Source: an uncultured bacterium (GTDB lineage Bacteria; Patescibacteriota; Minisyncoccia; Minisyncoccales; RBG-13-42-11). Taken from it: 64,000 nt of DNA. The notes under the pieces were generated by a model that was not told the origin of the DNA, did not search any database, and saw only the letters and a list, made by a program, of their open reading frames with translations. The position numbers and the translations under genes were made by a program. The stretch lies in NCBI GenBank assembly GCA_963790795.1, contig CAWBPO010000001.1:396073-460072 (forward strand), given 5' to 3'. Shown one piece after another: positions 39,331 to 48,786 of this stretch; the first letter of the stretch is position 1, and every line of letters starts with the position of its first letter.

Positions 39331-40347
39331 ATGAAAGAAGCGTATTTGTACAAAAAACCAAACAGTCAGACAACGCAATGCCAGAATTGCGCCCACTATT
39401 GTGTTATTGAGCCAGGCAAACGGGGAATTTGCGGAGTAAGGGAAAATATAAACGGCAAGCTGTACGCTTTAAACTACGCAAAACTTGCTGCCTGCAACAT
39501 TGATCCAATTGAGAAAAAGCCGTTTTTCCATTTTCTGCCAGGCACTCGTTCTTTATCTATTGCCACTGTCGGCTGCAACTTAAAATGCTTGAACTGTCAG
39601 AACTGGGACATATCCCAGGAAGTTAAAGAAACAAAAGAAATTCCCGGAGATTACTTATTGCCGGAAGAAATTATTAAAATCGCTTTGAAAAACAAAGTAC
39701 CGAGCATTTCTTACACCTACACCGAACCAGCTGTTTTCTCAGAATATGCTTTGGATATCATGAAGTTAGCCAGAAAAAAAGGCCTGAAAAACGTTTGGGT
39801 AACCAATGGATTCTGGTCAAGGGAGCTCCTAGATTGGGTGTCGCCTTATCTGGATGCGGCAAATGTTGATTTGAAAAGCTTTTCTAATGAATTCTACATT
39901 AAAAACTGTGGCGCCAGGCTTCAGCCGATATTGGACAACTTGAAAAGATTGAAAAGAAAAAACATCTGGCTTGAAATAACCACTTTGGTCATTCCTACCT
40001 TGAGCGATTCAAAAGAAATGTTTAAAGACATTGCCAGATTTATTAAACAGGAATTGGGCAATGAAACTCCTTGGCATATCAGCCAGTTTTCCGGTGCCAT
40101 TTCATGGCAATTAAAAGATTTGCCGGAAACCTCAGTTGATACTTTAAAAATGGCTTATGAAATCGGAAAAGAAACCGGCTTGAAATACGTATATACTGGC
40201 AACGTTCCTGGTTTGCCAACAGAAGACACTTTCTGTCCTGAGTGCGGGACATTGGCGATTGACAGGACAGGTTATGCGATTTCGCGACACGACAAAAAAG
40301 GCAAATGTCAGAAATGCGGCGCAGATTTAAATTTAATTTTGAAATAA
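39331..40347 (+). CDS. amrS: AmmeMemoRadiSam-system radical SAM enzyme
   Basis: 338 aa; CNLKCLNCQNW (CxxxCxxC) cluster; N- and C-terminal Cys pairs; AMMECR1 and LigB/Memo-like genes nearby. Confidence 0.8.
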   Translation: MKEAYLYKKPNSQTTQCQNCAHYCVIEPGKRGICGVRENINGKLYALNYAKLAACNIDPIEKKPFFHFLPGTRSLSIATVGCNLKCLNCQNWDISQEVKETKEIPGDYLLPEEIIKIALKNKVPSISYTYTEPAVFSEYALDIMKLARKKGLKNVWVTNGFWSRELLDWVSPYLDAANVDLKSFSNEFYIKNCGARLQPILDNLKRLKRKNIWLEITTLVIPTLSDSKEMFKDIARFIKQELGNETPWHISQFSGAISWQLKDLPETSVDTLKMAYEIGKETGLKYVYTGNVPGLPTEDTFCPECGTLAIDRTGYAISRHDKKGKCQKCGADLNLILK

Positions 40348-40398
40348 GAACCTTGCCTTCAGCAAGAACCTTGATTTTTCACTTCGTTCTAAAATAAA

Positions 40399-41328
40399 AT
40401 GTACGATCCTGAAAAACCTTATAAAAAACAAATTCTTGAACTGATTCAAAAAACTTGGGATACGCCCTACGTTTCTATTAAAAATAACGTTATTAAGAAG
40501 AAGATTTCCTATCCCGACATTGACCATACGGATGGTATTGGAACAAAAGGAATTTTTCATTGGCAAAAACAAACTTTTAATAACGCTGTTTTGGATGTTA
40601 TGGCCATGAATCTGAATGATTTGGCTTTAATGAGGGCGAGGCCATACAAGCTTTCAAATCATATTACAGTTCCGGAAGAAGACGAAAGAATCTTAAAAAT
40701 AATCAAATTTCTTTCAATAGAATGTAAAAAGAGAAATATAGCAATCGCTGGCGGAGAAGTTTCTTTTCATAATAATATTAATGGAATGGATATAAGCGCA
40801 ACCGTTTCAGGGTTTGTTAAAAATTATAAGAAAAACATGTTTGAAGTTGGCGACATATTATTAGGTATTAAAAGCAATGGATTGCATTCAAATGGTTTTA
40901 GTAAAGTAAGAGAGGTTTTTGGTGAAGATTATAGGCCTGAGTTTACTGAACCGACAAATATCTATTCTGATATAATTCTTTCTTTAAATGATAAATTTGA
41001 TATTCATGGAATGGTTCATATCACGGGCGGAGCTTATACGAAAATTAAAGATTTATTGAATAACGCGGATGTTTATTTAAAAAGAGGTCATAGATTGCAA
41101 CCACACCAAATATTTAAAGACTTATACCAAAAAGGAATTTCTGATGAAAAAATGTATAAAACTTTTAATTGCGGCACAGGATTTATCTTGTCGGTTAACC
41201 CTAAAGATGCTACGGGAATAATTTCTGTAATAAAAGATTTCGAATCGGATATTATCGGAGAAGTAGTTTCGGGAAATGGAAACGTTAAAATAGAGTCTTT
41301 GTTCAGTGAGAAAGAAGTAATTTTTTAA
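40399..41328 (+). CDS. PurM-like (AIR synthase-related) ATP-binding protein
   Basis: 309 aa; HTDGIGTKGIF...LDVMAMNLNDLALMRARP resembles the PurM DGVGTK / VAMxVNDL core. Confidence 0.6.
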   Translation: MYDPEKPYKKQILELIQKTWDTPYVSIKNNVIKKKISYPDIDHTDGIGTKGIFHWQKQTFNNAVLDVMAMNLNDLALMRARPYKLSNHITVPEEDERILKIIKFLSIECKKRNIAIAGGEVSFHNNINGMDISATVSGFVKNYKKNMFEVGDILLGIKSNGLHSNGFSKVREVFGEDYRPEFTEPTNIYSDIILSLNDKFDIHGMVHITGGAYTKIKDLLNNADVYLKRGHRLQPHQIFKDLYQKGISDEKMYKTFNCGTGFILSVNPKDATGIISVIKDFESDIIGEVVSGNGNVKIESLFSEKEVIF

Positions 41329-41338
41329 TTATATTAAA

Positions 41339-41969
41339 ATGGTAAATTTAGTTTTCGCTGTCATATCCCCTCACCCGCCGATAATATTGCCATCGGTCGG
41401 CTCAAAGGAAGACAGAGAAAAAGTTAAAAAAACCATAGATAGCTTATATTCTTTGCGAAAGAAGTTTGTTGAGGTTAGATCCTCAACAGATTGTTATTTC
41501 TTCTCCTCATCCTGATTGGGGATTTGAAGTGCCTTTGTTTTTTCTAGCTAATGATTTTAAAGGAAAAATTGATAAAGTTTTAACCGGTTTGGAACCGCTA
41601 GAATTCTATTTCAAAGAAGGCAAAAGAATATATAATAATTTGGAAAAAGACAAAAAATACGCCATAATTGCTTCTGGAGACCTTTCTCATTGTTTAAAAG
41701 AAGACGGACCTTATGGATTAAACCCACAAGGTCCAAAGTTTGATGAAGAACTGATTGAATCTTTAAAAAAGAAAGATGTTGAAAACATTCTAAAACTGGA
41801 TGACAAATACCCTGAAGCCGGAGAGTGCGGTTTAAGGTCCATTTGTTTTTTATTGGGTATGCTGGAAGCCCATTCGACAAGCTCAGGGCAAGATTGGCAG
41901 CCAGAGATTTTATCGTATGAATCCCCTTTTGGCGTTGGATATTTAGTGGTAAATTTTAAATTAATATGA
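41339..41969 (+). pseudogene. Class III extradiol dioxygenase subunit B-like / Memo-like protein, frame broken inside palindrome copy d
   Basis: ATG 41339 gives MVNLVFAVISPHPPIILPSVGS...KKFVEV, then the frame shifts. Removing one nt of the 6-nt loop restores ...VEVRPQQIVISSPHPDWGFEVP...SGDLSHCL...SYESPFGVGY. Confidence 0.65.
41467..41488. repeat. Palindromic element copy d: TGTTGAGG-TTAGAT-CCTCAACA (22-nt variant)
   Basis: Read directly; loop is one nt longer than copy e (TTAGA). Confidence 0.9.
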
Positions 41970-42526
41970 ATCAATACGTTTCAATTGCTAAATCAGCCGT
42001 AGAAACATATATAAAAGAAAAGAAAGTTATTGAGCCATCGGAAATTCTGCCAAAAGAACTTTTTGAAAAAAGAGCAGGAGTTTTTGTCACCATTGAACAG
42101 GATAAAAAACTGCGAGGATGCATTGGCACTTATCTGCCGACTAAAATAAACATAGTTGAGGAGATTATCAATAATGCCATTGCCGCTGCCACTGAAGATT
42201 ACAGGTTTGAATCTATCAAAAAAGAGGAACTTCCCCATCTTTCTTATTCTGTATATATTTTAAGCGAACCGGAATTAGTTGAAAACACAAATGAACTGAA
42301 TCCGAAAAAATTTGGTATAATTGTAAAAACAGCGCCTTTTACCTATCCTAATGAAAATCCGGTGTTTGACGGTAATATTTCTTTTAAAGCAGGCGTTTTG
42401 CTTCCTGATTTGGAAGGAATCAATACGCCAGAAGAACAGTTTTCCATCGCCTGCCAAAAAGCAGGGATAAATCCGGAAAGAGAAAAAGTATTCATTTATC
42501 GCTTTACAACGGAAAAATGCCAATGA
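41966..42526 (+). CDS. amrA: AMMECR1-domain protein (AmmeMemoRadiSam system protein A)
   Basis: 186 aa; AGVFVTIEQDKKLRGCIGTY signature; ATGA overlap with upstream gene. Confidence 0.85.
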   Translation: MNQYVSIAKSAVETYIKEKKVIEPSEILPKELFEKRAGVFVTIEQDKKLRGCIGTYLPTKINIVEEIINNAIAAATEDYRFESIKKEELPHLSYSVYILSEPELVENTNELNPKKFGIIVKTAPFTYPNENPVFDGNISFKAGVLLPDLEGINTPEEQFSIACQKAGINPEREKVFIYRFTTEKCQ

Positions 42527-42978
42527 AAATAAGCAAAGAAAAAAAGAAATTAAAGAAGCAAAGAGAGGAAACAAAAATCCAGGAAATAGTCAATTGCTAT
42601 TTTTACAGCAAAGGTTTAAATTTGGAACAAATTAAAAAAGACGCAAAAAAGAAAAAAATAATCTATTCTCGCTTTACCAGACCGGCAAAACAGCTTTTGG
42701 AGCTGGCAGGCTCTGTCAGAAAAGCAAAGAATGCCGTAAATAAAGTGGCTGAATGGGCCAAGTCCCGGGGACTGGATTATGCCATTGAAACTGTTTTTAA
42801 AAAATGGCTGGAACTGGATAAATTAAAACCAAAAGAAATAGTGAAAAAGCCATATTTCCAGGGCAATTCCATGGTTTGGTCAGAATCCAAGAAAAAATGG
42901 TACGTCATTTCTCCTGAAAACGATTGGCTGGAGTTTGCCGGCAAGGAAGACGAAATAGAATGGCGCACTATTAAATGA
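42517..42978 (+). CDS. Hypothetical basic protein
   Basis: 153 aa; overlaps both neighbours (translational coupling); no motif recognised. Confidence 0.4.
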   Translation: MPMKISKEKKKLKKQREETKIQEIVNCYFYSKGLNLEQIKKDAKKKKIIYSRFTRPAKQLLELAGSVRKAKNAVNKVAEWAKSRGLDYAIETVFKKWLELDKLKPKEIVKKPYFQGNSMVWSESKKKWYVISPENDWLEFAGKEDEIEWRTIK

Positions 42979-43971
42979 TTTATATGCCCAAAAACATAAA
43001 ACCAAAAATAGTATTTATTGGGACGCCAGAATTCGGCGCCATTATTTTAGATAGGCTTTGTCAAAATGAATACAAGCCGGTTTTGGTTATAACGGCGCCA
43101 GACAAGCCAGTGGGCAGAAAACAGGTTATCACTTCTTCGCCAGTAAAAATTACAGCTCAAAAATATAAAATTCCAGTAGCCCAGCCGGAAAATATTCAAA
43201 ATTTAAAGTCAGAAATTAAAAAATTAAAACCTGATTTGGCAATTGTCGCAGCATACAGCCAGATAATTCCAAAAGACATATTAGACATTCCCAAATTCGG
43301 TTTTTTAAACGTTCATCCCTCTTTACTGCCAAAATACCGTGGTCCTTCCCCTATTCAATATGCAATTTTGAACGGAGACAAAGAAACAGGCGTGACAATA
43401 ATGTTAATGAATGAAAAAGTGGACAGCGGTAAAATTATTTCCACCTCTAAACTTTCCATTAAAGATGAAAAAATAACATCAGAGCAGTTAACTGAAAAAA
43501 CAGCTGACTCGGGAGCAAAATTATTGTTAAACACCATTCCAAAATGGATAAATTCTGAAATAAAGCCCATTCCCCAGGATGAGAAAAAAGCAACGTATAC
43601 TAAAATATTGAGAAAGGAAGACGGAAAGGTTGATTGGCAAAAATCAGCAAAAGAAATTGAAAGGAAAGTAAGGGCTTTCTTATCCTTGGCCCGGAACATA
43701 TACTTTTTGGCAAAACAATAGCAAAACAATGAAAATCAAGATTTTGAAAGCAAGAATTTTTAAATCGCCTCATTATAAACGCTATACTGTCGGCAAAGTT
43801 TTGGTTGTTCCCCAGAATGAAATCGGCGTACAATGCAAAGAAGATTTTCTGGTTATTGAAAAACTGCAAATGGAAGGCAAAAAAGAATTAAATGCGGAAG
43901 AATTCTTAAGAGGCTATTCTCGGTTTTGCAGGTTCAATTCTCAAATAATATGTTGTCGCATAACGATTTGA
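42975..43971 (+). pseudogene. fmt: Methionyl-tRNA formyltransferase, frame interrupted once
   Basis: IVFIGTPEFG and HPSLLPKYRGPSPIQYAIL motifs. RAF / YPWPGTYTFW junction requires a 1-nt shift at about 43677-43682, then continues in ORF 43729-43971. Confidence 0.8.
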
Positions 43972-44513
43972 AAAAAGGAATAGATTTCATTTTAAACAAT
44001 CAACCCTACGAAGTTTTGGAGTCCTCTTTGGTTTTTAAAGGAAGAGGGAGTTCTGTTGTCCAGACAAAGGTAAAAAATCTGATTACCGGCAGCGTATTTT
44101 CAAAGACTTTTCATGCCGGAGAAGAATTTGAAGAAGCGGAAATTGAGAAAATAAAAGTAAAATTTATTTATTCCAATAAGGATAAGTTTTTCTTTTGCCA
44201 CGAAAAAGACCCTTCCAAGCGCTTTGACTTGAATAAAGAAGCAATTGGAGATAGCGCTGTTTTCTTAAAACCGAATCAAATTGTAGAAGGATTGGAATTT
44301 AAAGGAAAAATAATTAACGTTTCTCTGCCGATTAAAGTTCAGTTAAAAGTTTTTGAAGCTCCGCCGGGAATTAAAGGAGACAGAGCGCAAGGAGGGACAA
44401 AGGCAGTAAAACTGGAAACAGGAGCTGAAGTTAATGTTCCCCTTTTCGTTGAGACTAACGACATTATTGAGGTCAACACAGAAAAGGGAGAATATGTCAG
44501 AAGGGTGGAGTAA
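43950..44513 (+). CDS. efp: Elongation factor P
   Basis: Start placed at MLSHNDLKKG; KGRGSSVVQTKVKNLITG loop; three OB/KOW-like domains. Confidence 0.92.
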   Translation: MLSHNDLKKGIDFILNNQPYEVLESSLVFKGRGSSVVQTKVKNLITGSVFSKTFHAGEEFEEAEIEKIKVKFIYSNKDKFFFCHEKDPSKRFDLNKEAIGDSAVFLKPNQIVEGLEFKGKIINVSLPIKVQLKVFEAPPGIKGDRAQGGTKAVKLETGAEVNVPLFVETNDIIEVNTEKGEYVRRVE

Positions 44514-44580
44514 TATTCTTTCAAGAAGAGATAAGAGAGTTTCAGAAGAGTGGAGTAATATTTTTAAAAAAGAAAGAGGT

Positions 44581-44766
44581 TCATTGGAGAACCTCTCTTT
44601 CTGGGACAATTTTCCCGGTGTTTTTTAATTGGTACTTTTCCCTTGAGGAAGCCGGTGGATCAATCCTACATACTGTAAGAATGGTTGTCTGGGATACACA
44701 ACCACCTTTTTTTGGCTTAAACCACCACCAGACTATTCTCCCTTTTTCGTCTAAAGCAGTCCACAT
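44581..44766 (-). CDS. Small Trp-rich protein, unknown function
   Basis: 61 aa; AAGGAGGT RBS 6 nt upstream; own TTGACA-16-TATGAT promoter (44815-44788). Confidence 0.45.
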   Translation of the reverse strand: MWTALDEKGRIVWWWFKPKKGGCVSQTTILTVCRIDPPASSREKYQLKNTGKIVPEREVLQ

Positions 44767-44811
44767 AATAACCTCCTTAATAAGGTAATCATAACATTTT
44801 TTTAAAAACTG

Positions 44812-45099
44812 TCAAGTCCATCTTTCTTTTCTTATTTTTATCGCTTTGCCCTCAATTAGGGCTTCGGCAATTTTTTGGCGGGCTGATGTTAAAGTCCGTT
44901 GAAGCGTGCTTTGGGAGATTTTCATTCTTTTTGCAGCTTCAGCCTGGTCTAGATTTTTAAAATCGCAAAGCCGTATAGCTTCTAATTCGTCCACGTTCAA
45001 ATTCACCTCTTCTAAAGCAGACAAAGGTATTGCCCTTGGTTTAAAATAAGTTACATTCGGATCAAATAATATTCTTCTTGGTTTTATCGGTCTTACCAT
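44812..45099 (-). CDS. DUF134 (UPF0251) family HTH DNA-binding protein
   Basis: 95 aa; MVRPIKPRR...FKP...LNVDELEAIRLCD...QAEAAKRMKISQSTLQR typical of the family. Confidence 0.8.
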   Translation of the reverse strand: MVRPIKPRRILFDPNVTYFKPRAIPLSALEEVNLNVDELEAIRLCDFKNLDQAEAAKRMKISQSTLQRTLTSARQKIAEALIEGKAIKIRKERWT

Positions 45100-45162
45100 A
45101 TTTTTTTTGCAAGAGGTTTTACCCCGCTCCTGAATTTTACTCCAGAAGCGGGGATATTTCTG

Positions 45163-45396
45163 TTATTTTTGTCCTTTGAGTTCGCTTAAACGTTCTTTTA
45201 CCGCTTTTAATTCTTCTTCCATTTCAACAACTTCGTCTTGCAGCATCTCTGACTCTTCTTTTTTAGTAAGGAATCTTCTCCAGCCGTAACCGCGGCCGAA
45301 TCCCCTTCCCCAGTCCATTCCAGCGCCGCAAGGACCAAATCCCCGGCCTGTGCCGGCACCGTAACCTAAAGGGCCAGTTCCGTCAAATCTTGGCAT
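45163..45396 (-). CDS. DUF5320-like Gly/Arg-rich small protein with C-terminal coiled coil
   Basis: 77 aa; MPRFDGTGPLGYGAGTGRGFGPCG start characteristic of the family. Confidence 0.65.
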   Translation of the reverse strand: MPRFDGTGPLGYGAGTGRGFGPCGAGMDWGRGFGRGYGWRRFLTKKEESEMLQDEVVEMEEELKAVKERLSELKGQK

Positions 45397-45444
45397 AGTT
45401 TTAAATAAGTGTTGATTATATCAGAGAACTCGACCAAGCGTCCT

Positions 45445-45481
45445 CTATTATGAATATATACCCATAATAGAACATTGTCAA
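45445..45481 (-). promoter_or_regulatory. Promoter with overlapping 8-bp-arm palindrome (candidate operator) upstream of the DUF5320/DUF134 operon
   Basis: TTGACA (45481-45476), 17 nt, TATATT (45458-45453); CTATTATG-N10-CATAATAG (45445-45470) centred on the -10. Confidence 0.45.
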
Positions 45482-45508
45482 GTCACCTACTCCTTAAAAC
45501 AAATTATC

Positions 45509-46645
45509 TCAAAGAAGAGTAGAAAAATAATAGAAAGCGAGCAAAAACAGCAAAATTGAAGCTACGAGATTGAGAACAATGATAAATCTTGGAGAAAGAA
45601 TCCAGATTTTCATTGTGAAAACCGCAATCAAGAAAACAGCTATTTCATCCAGCATGTAAAACAAAACATAGACGCCAATATATAACAAAGACAAATATAA
45701 AGGCAGATTGGCTTCAGCCAGTATTCCCGAGAATATAGCCGGAAAAACAGCAGAACAAGGAAATTCAACGATAGTAATGACTGCGCTGAATAACAATACT
45801 GCTCCGGATAAAGCTAAAACACTTGTTTTACTTTCGAATATCCCCTGGACTTTTTTGGAAAACTTTTCAGAAATGCCGCCGAACTGGCAAGTAGCTCCTT
45901 TTTTGCGAACTTTCAGAAATTCTTTCAGGAAATATATGGCGCCGGCCAAAGCCAGAAGTCCTATCAGTATTTCCATTTCTTTTATGTAAGGAGCGACGAA
46001 AACAAAAAGCTGGTGCCATAGGAAAATTAAAAAACCGTAAATAATTATCGTAGTTAAGATATATATTCCTCCGAAAATCAATATCTTTCTTTTTGACTTT
46101 AAAGCAAGTGTCAGTCCCAAAATTAAGACTAAAGCTCCTAAAGAGCAGATGTTGAATCCATCAAGAGTGCCCAGAACTACGGCAAGAGCAGGAAGAGAAA
46201 AATTACTAATATCAATTTTCCCGAAGAACGGGATTTCTATTGTTTTTTCCGAAGTTGTTGCGGAGCATTGTTCTAGCAGCTCTTTTCCTTCGGTCAGTTC
46301 TAAAATATAGTTTTCAATATTCTGACCGATTTTTTCATTAAATCCGATAAAGTATCTGTCTTCTATGAAAGTAAGCGGTACAAAGCCCTGTTCCTGCGCA
46401 GAAACGTTGTACTTTTGGTAGAATTCCTTTGCCAATTCAAGGTTTTCGGCAAAGTCATATCTTTTTATTTCAACCTGAGCGCATTTGTTTTCCAATTCAT
46501 CCAAAAACGCCTTTTCCGCCAAGCAATGGGGGCAGGTCGGACTGCCAAAAAAATAAAGAGTCGGCTTGCTGTCTGTTTGTCCGAAAACAGGCAAAGCCGC
46601 AAAGACAACCAAAGAAAATAAAATTGCTAATGTTATTTTTTTCAT
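45509..46645 (-). CDS. Secreted thioredoxin-fold (CPHC) domain fused to a CcdA/DsbD-type thiol-disulfide transporter membrane domain
   Basis: 378 aa; signal peptide; FGSPTCPHCLAEKAFLDEL; C-terminal about 200 aa polytopic with conserved Cys (FNICSLGAL, EFPCSAVFP). Confidence 0.7.
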   Translation of the reverse strand: MKKITLAILFSLVVFAALPVFGQTDSKPTLYFFGSPTCPHCLAEKAFLDELENKCAQVEIKRYDFAENLELAKEFYQKYNVSAQEQGFVPLTFIEDRYFIGFNEKIGQNIENYILELTEGKELLEQCSATTSEKTIEIPFFGKIDISNFSLPALAVVLGTLDGFNICSLGALVLILGLTLALKSKRKILIFGGIYILTTIIIYGFLIFLWHQLFVFVAPYIKEMEILIGLLALAGAIYFLKEFLKVRKKGATCQFGGISEKFSKKVQGIFESKTSVLALSGAVLLFSAVITIVEFPCSAVFPAIFSGILAEANLPLYLSLLYIGVYVLFYMLDEIAVFLIAVFTMKIWILSPRFIIVLNLVASILLFLLAFYYFSTLL

Positions 46646-47019
46646 ATTTTTCTTCTGCGTTTTTCGGCGTTTCTTACGCTTTTTTCATCCATGCCGAAGT
46701 GATGGGCAAGTTCGTGCCAAACAGTGTTTCTGACGATTTCCTTAATACTTTGGTCAGAACCGCCTGCTTCTTCAATCGGCTCCTTAAAAATAGTGATTTT
46801 GTCCGGCAAAGCTTGGCTGTATCCCCACCTTTTCGTCTGAGGAACGCCTTCATACAAGCCTAAAAGAAAAACGCCTTTTCTGATTTTTAACTTTTCTAAT
46901 TGTTCCTGGTTGGGATTTTCTTCAACAATAATATCCACGTTTTCCAGCATTTTCAAGAAACGCTCGGGAATATCTTTTATCCCCTCTTGCACCAGCTCTT
47001 CAAACTTTTCCATTGTCAT
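46642..47019 (-). CDS. Zincin-like metallopeptidase-fold protein (HExxH)
   Basis: 125 aa; WHELAHHFG motif; size and pattern of small cytosolic metallopeptidase-family proteins. Confidence 0.65.
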   Translation of the reverse strand: MTMEKFEELVQEGIKDIPERFLKMLENVDIIVEENPNQEQLEKLKIRKGVFLLGLYEGVPQTKRWGYSQALPDKITIFKEPIEEAGGSDQSIKEIVRNTVWHELAHHFGMDEKSVRNAEKRRRKI

Positions 47020-47092
47020 GTCAGTTATTATATCAAAAAACCGCCTTTTTTTAAAGACAGCCAGCTGCCTGAGGCGATTCTCTGAAAAATTT

Positions 47093-47515
47093 TTATTGGT
47101 TGTTTGGTAAAGTCATTTCTCTCAGTTGAATGGTTTGAGCAGTATAGCTGCCGTCAGAATTTTCTTTGCCGCTGATTGTTATTTGTTTGCCGATTTCAAT
47201 ATCGTTCATTGTTCCCTCTGTCATTTTGGACACCTGGATGGAATCGGAAAAAAAGACTATTTTTGAGCTGCCGTCCGATGTTTTAACGGTTAAGCTTTGT
47301 TCGTCTTTGGCAATAACCTCACCGTTAAGGAAGTTCATTCCGTTTCCCTTTCCGTTTGTGCCCAAGTTTCCTTGCGGCAGTTGCTGGTCGTTTTGCAAGT
47401 TCTGGCCAAAATCTTTGGGCAGAGAATTCTTGCTTTGTCCGTACTGCATTCCTCCGAAAAATGCGCCAACGCAAATTATTACAGCTGCGACAATAATTGG
47501 TAATGTTTTTTGCAT
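47093..47515 (-). CDS. Secreted protein, unknown function
   Basis: 140 aa; N-terminal TM/signal; beta-rich C-terminal part similar to the C-terminus of ORF 51232-51984. Confidence 0.45.
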   Translation of the reverse strand: MQKTLPIIVAAVIICVGAFFGGMQYGQSKNSLPKDFGQNLQNDQQLPQGNLGTNGKGNGMNFLNGEVIAKDEQSLTVKTSDGSSKIVFFSDSIQVSKMTEGTMNDIEIGKQITISGKENSDGSYTAQTIQLREMTLPNNQ

Positions 47516-47560
47516 ATTTTTTTAAATTATTAATTAATCGTTCGACTAGACGATAAATTA

Positions 47561-48785
47561 TTATTCATATCTTAAAGCTTCAATCGGATTGAGTTTGGCT
47601 GCTTTTTGGGCCGGATAATATCCGAAGACAATTCCTATCAAAGCAGAAACGCCAAAAGCCAAAGCAATAGACCAAATTGAAATGCTGGTGCTGGTATCGC
47701 CGAATTTACTGATTGCAAAAGAAATAATGCAGCCCAAAATAACGCCGATTATTCCGCCGATAAAAGTAAGACTGGTTGCTTCTGAAAGAAACTGCAGACT
47801 GATATCTTTGTTTTTGGCTCCGACCGCCTTGCGAAGGCCGATTTCCTTTGTTCTTTCGGTTACTGTCGTTAACATCATGTTCATAATGCCGATGCCTCCG
47901 ACAAGAAGAGAAATTCCGGCAATCGCTCCCAGTAAAAGAGTCAATGTTCCTGTTACAGAAGACATGGTATTTAAAATATCTGCCTGATTCATTATGGAAA
48001 AATCTGCCGAGGTAGCGTCTGAAATATTATGCCGGTAAAGCAAAAGAGCTGCTAATTTGTTCTTGGGCGATTGACATGTATTTTTCACTTTGAACCTGAA
48101 CGTTAATCGTAGACACAGAATCGCTGCCCGATAAAAAACGCTGGGCAGTAGAAATGGGAATATAAATCCTGTCATCCTGGCTGCCGAATCCAGTGCCGCC
48201 CTTAGCTTCAGAAACGCCAATGACCGTAAAAGTAATTTTATTTATTTTGATTTTTTGCCCTACTGGATTTACGTTTTCTCCAAATAGATCTTCGCTGGTT
48301 GTTGGACCCAAAACTGCCACTTTTGACAAATTTGTTACATCCTGGTCGGAAATAAAAGCGCCCATATCCATTTCAAGATTTTTTACTTGGGTATAAGAAG
48401 AAACCGTGCCGATAACAGAAGTGTTGGTGTTTGTCCCTTTGGCTGTAACTTGGTATCTGCTTGAAACTTCCGGAGCGACAGCTTCAATAAAAGAAATTTC
48501 TGTTTCAATAGCAGAAGCGTCCTCCAAAGTGAGCGTTTGGGCAGAACCGCGGCCCGAACTTACTTGCGTGCCAACACCTCTCTGGAATCCCGGAGAAATC
48601 ATTAATAAATTTGAACCGATGGATTCAATGCTTTCTGTAACTGAGACCTGCGCTCCCTGGCCGATGGAAATCATGGCAACAACCGAACCTACGCCAATGA
48701 CAATGCCTAAAATCGTCAGACTAGACCTGGCTTTGTTGGAAATAATGGCAAAAAATGTTTCTTCAAATAAATCGCTAATAAGCAT
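47561..48785 (-). pseudogene. MacB-type ABC transporter permease (MacB_PCD + FtsX domains), frame interrupted once
   Basis: N-terminal half 48027-48785 and FtsX half (GGIGIMNMMLTTVTERTKEIGLRKAVGA) lie in different frames; junction at about 48035-48052. Confidence 0.8.
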
Positions 48786-48786
48786 A

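Noticed and set aside
46429-46863. 144-aa plus-strand ORF spanning the Trx-CcdA/metallopeptidase junction
   Set aside because: It is entirely antisense to two well-supported minus-strand genes, has low-complexity composition and lacks an RBS.
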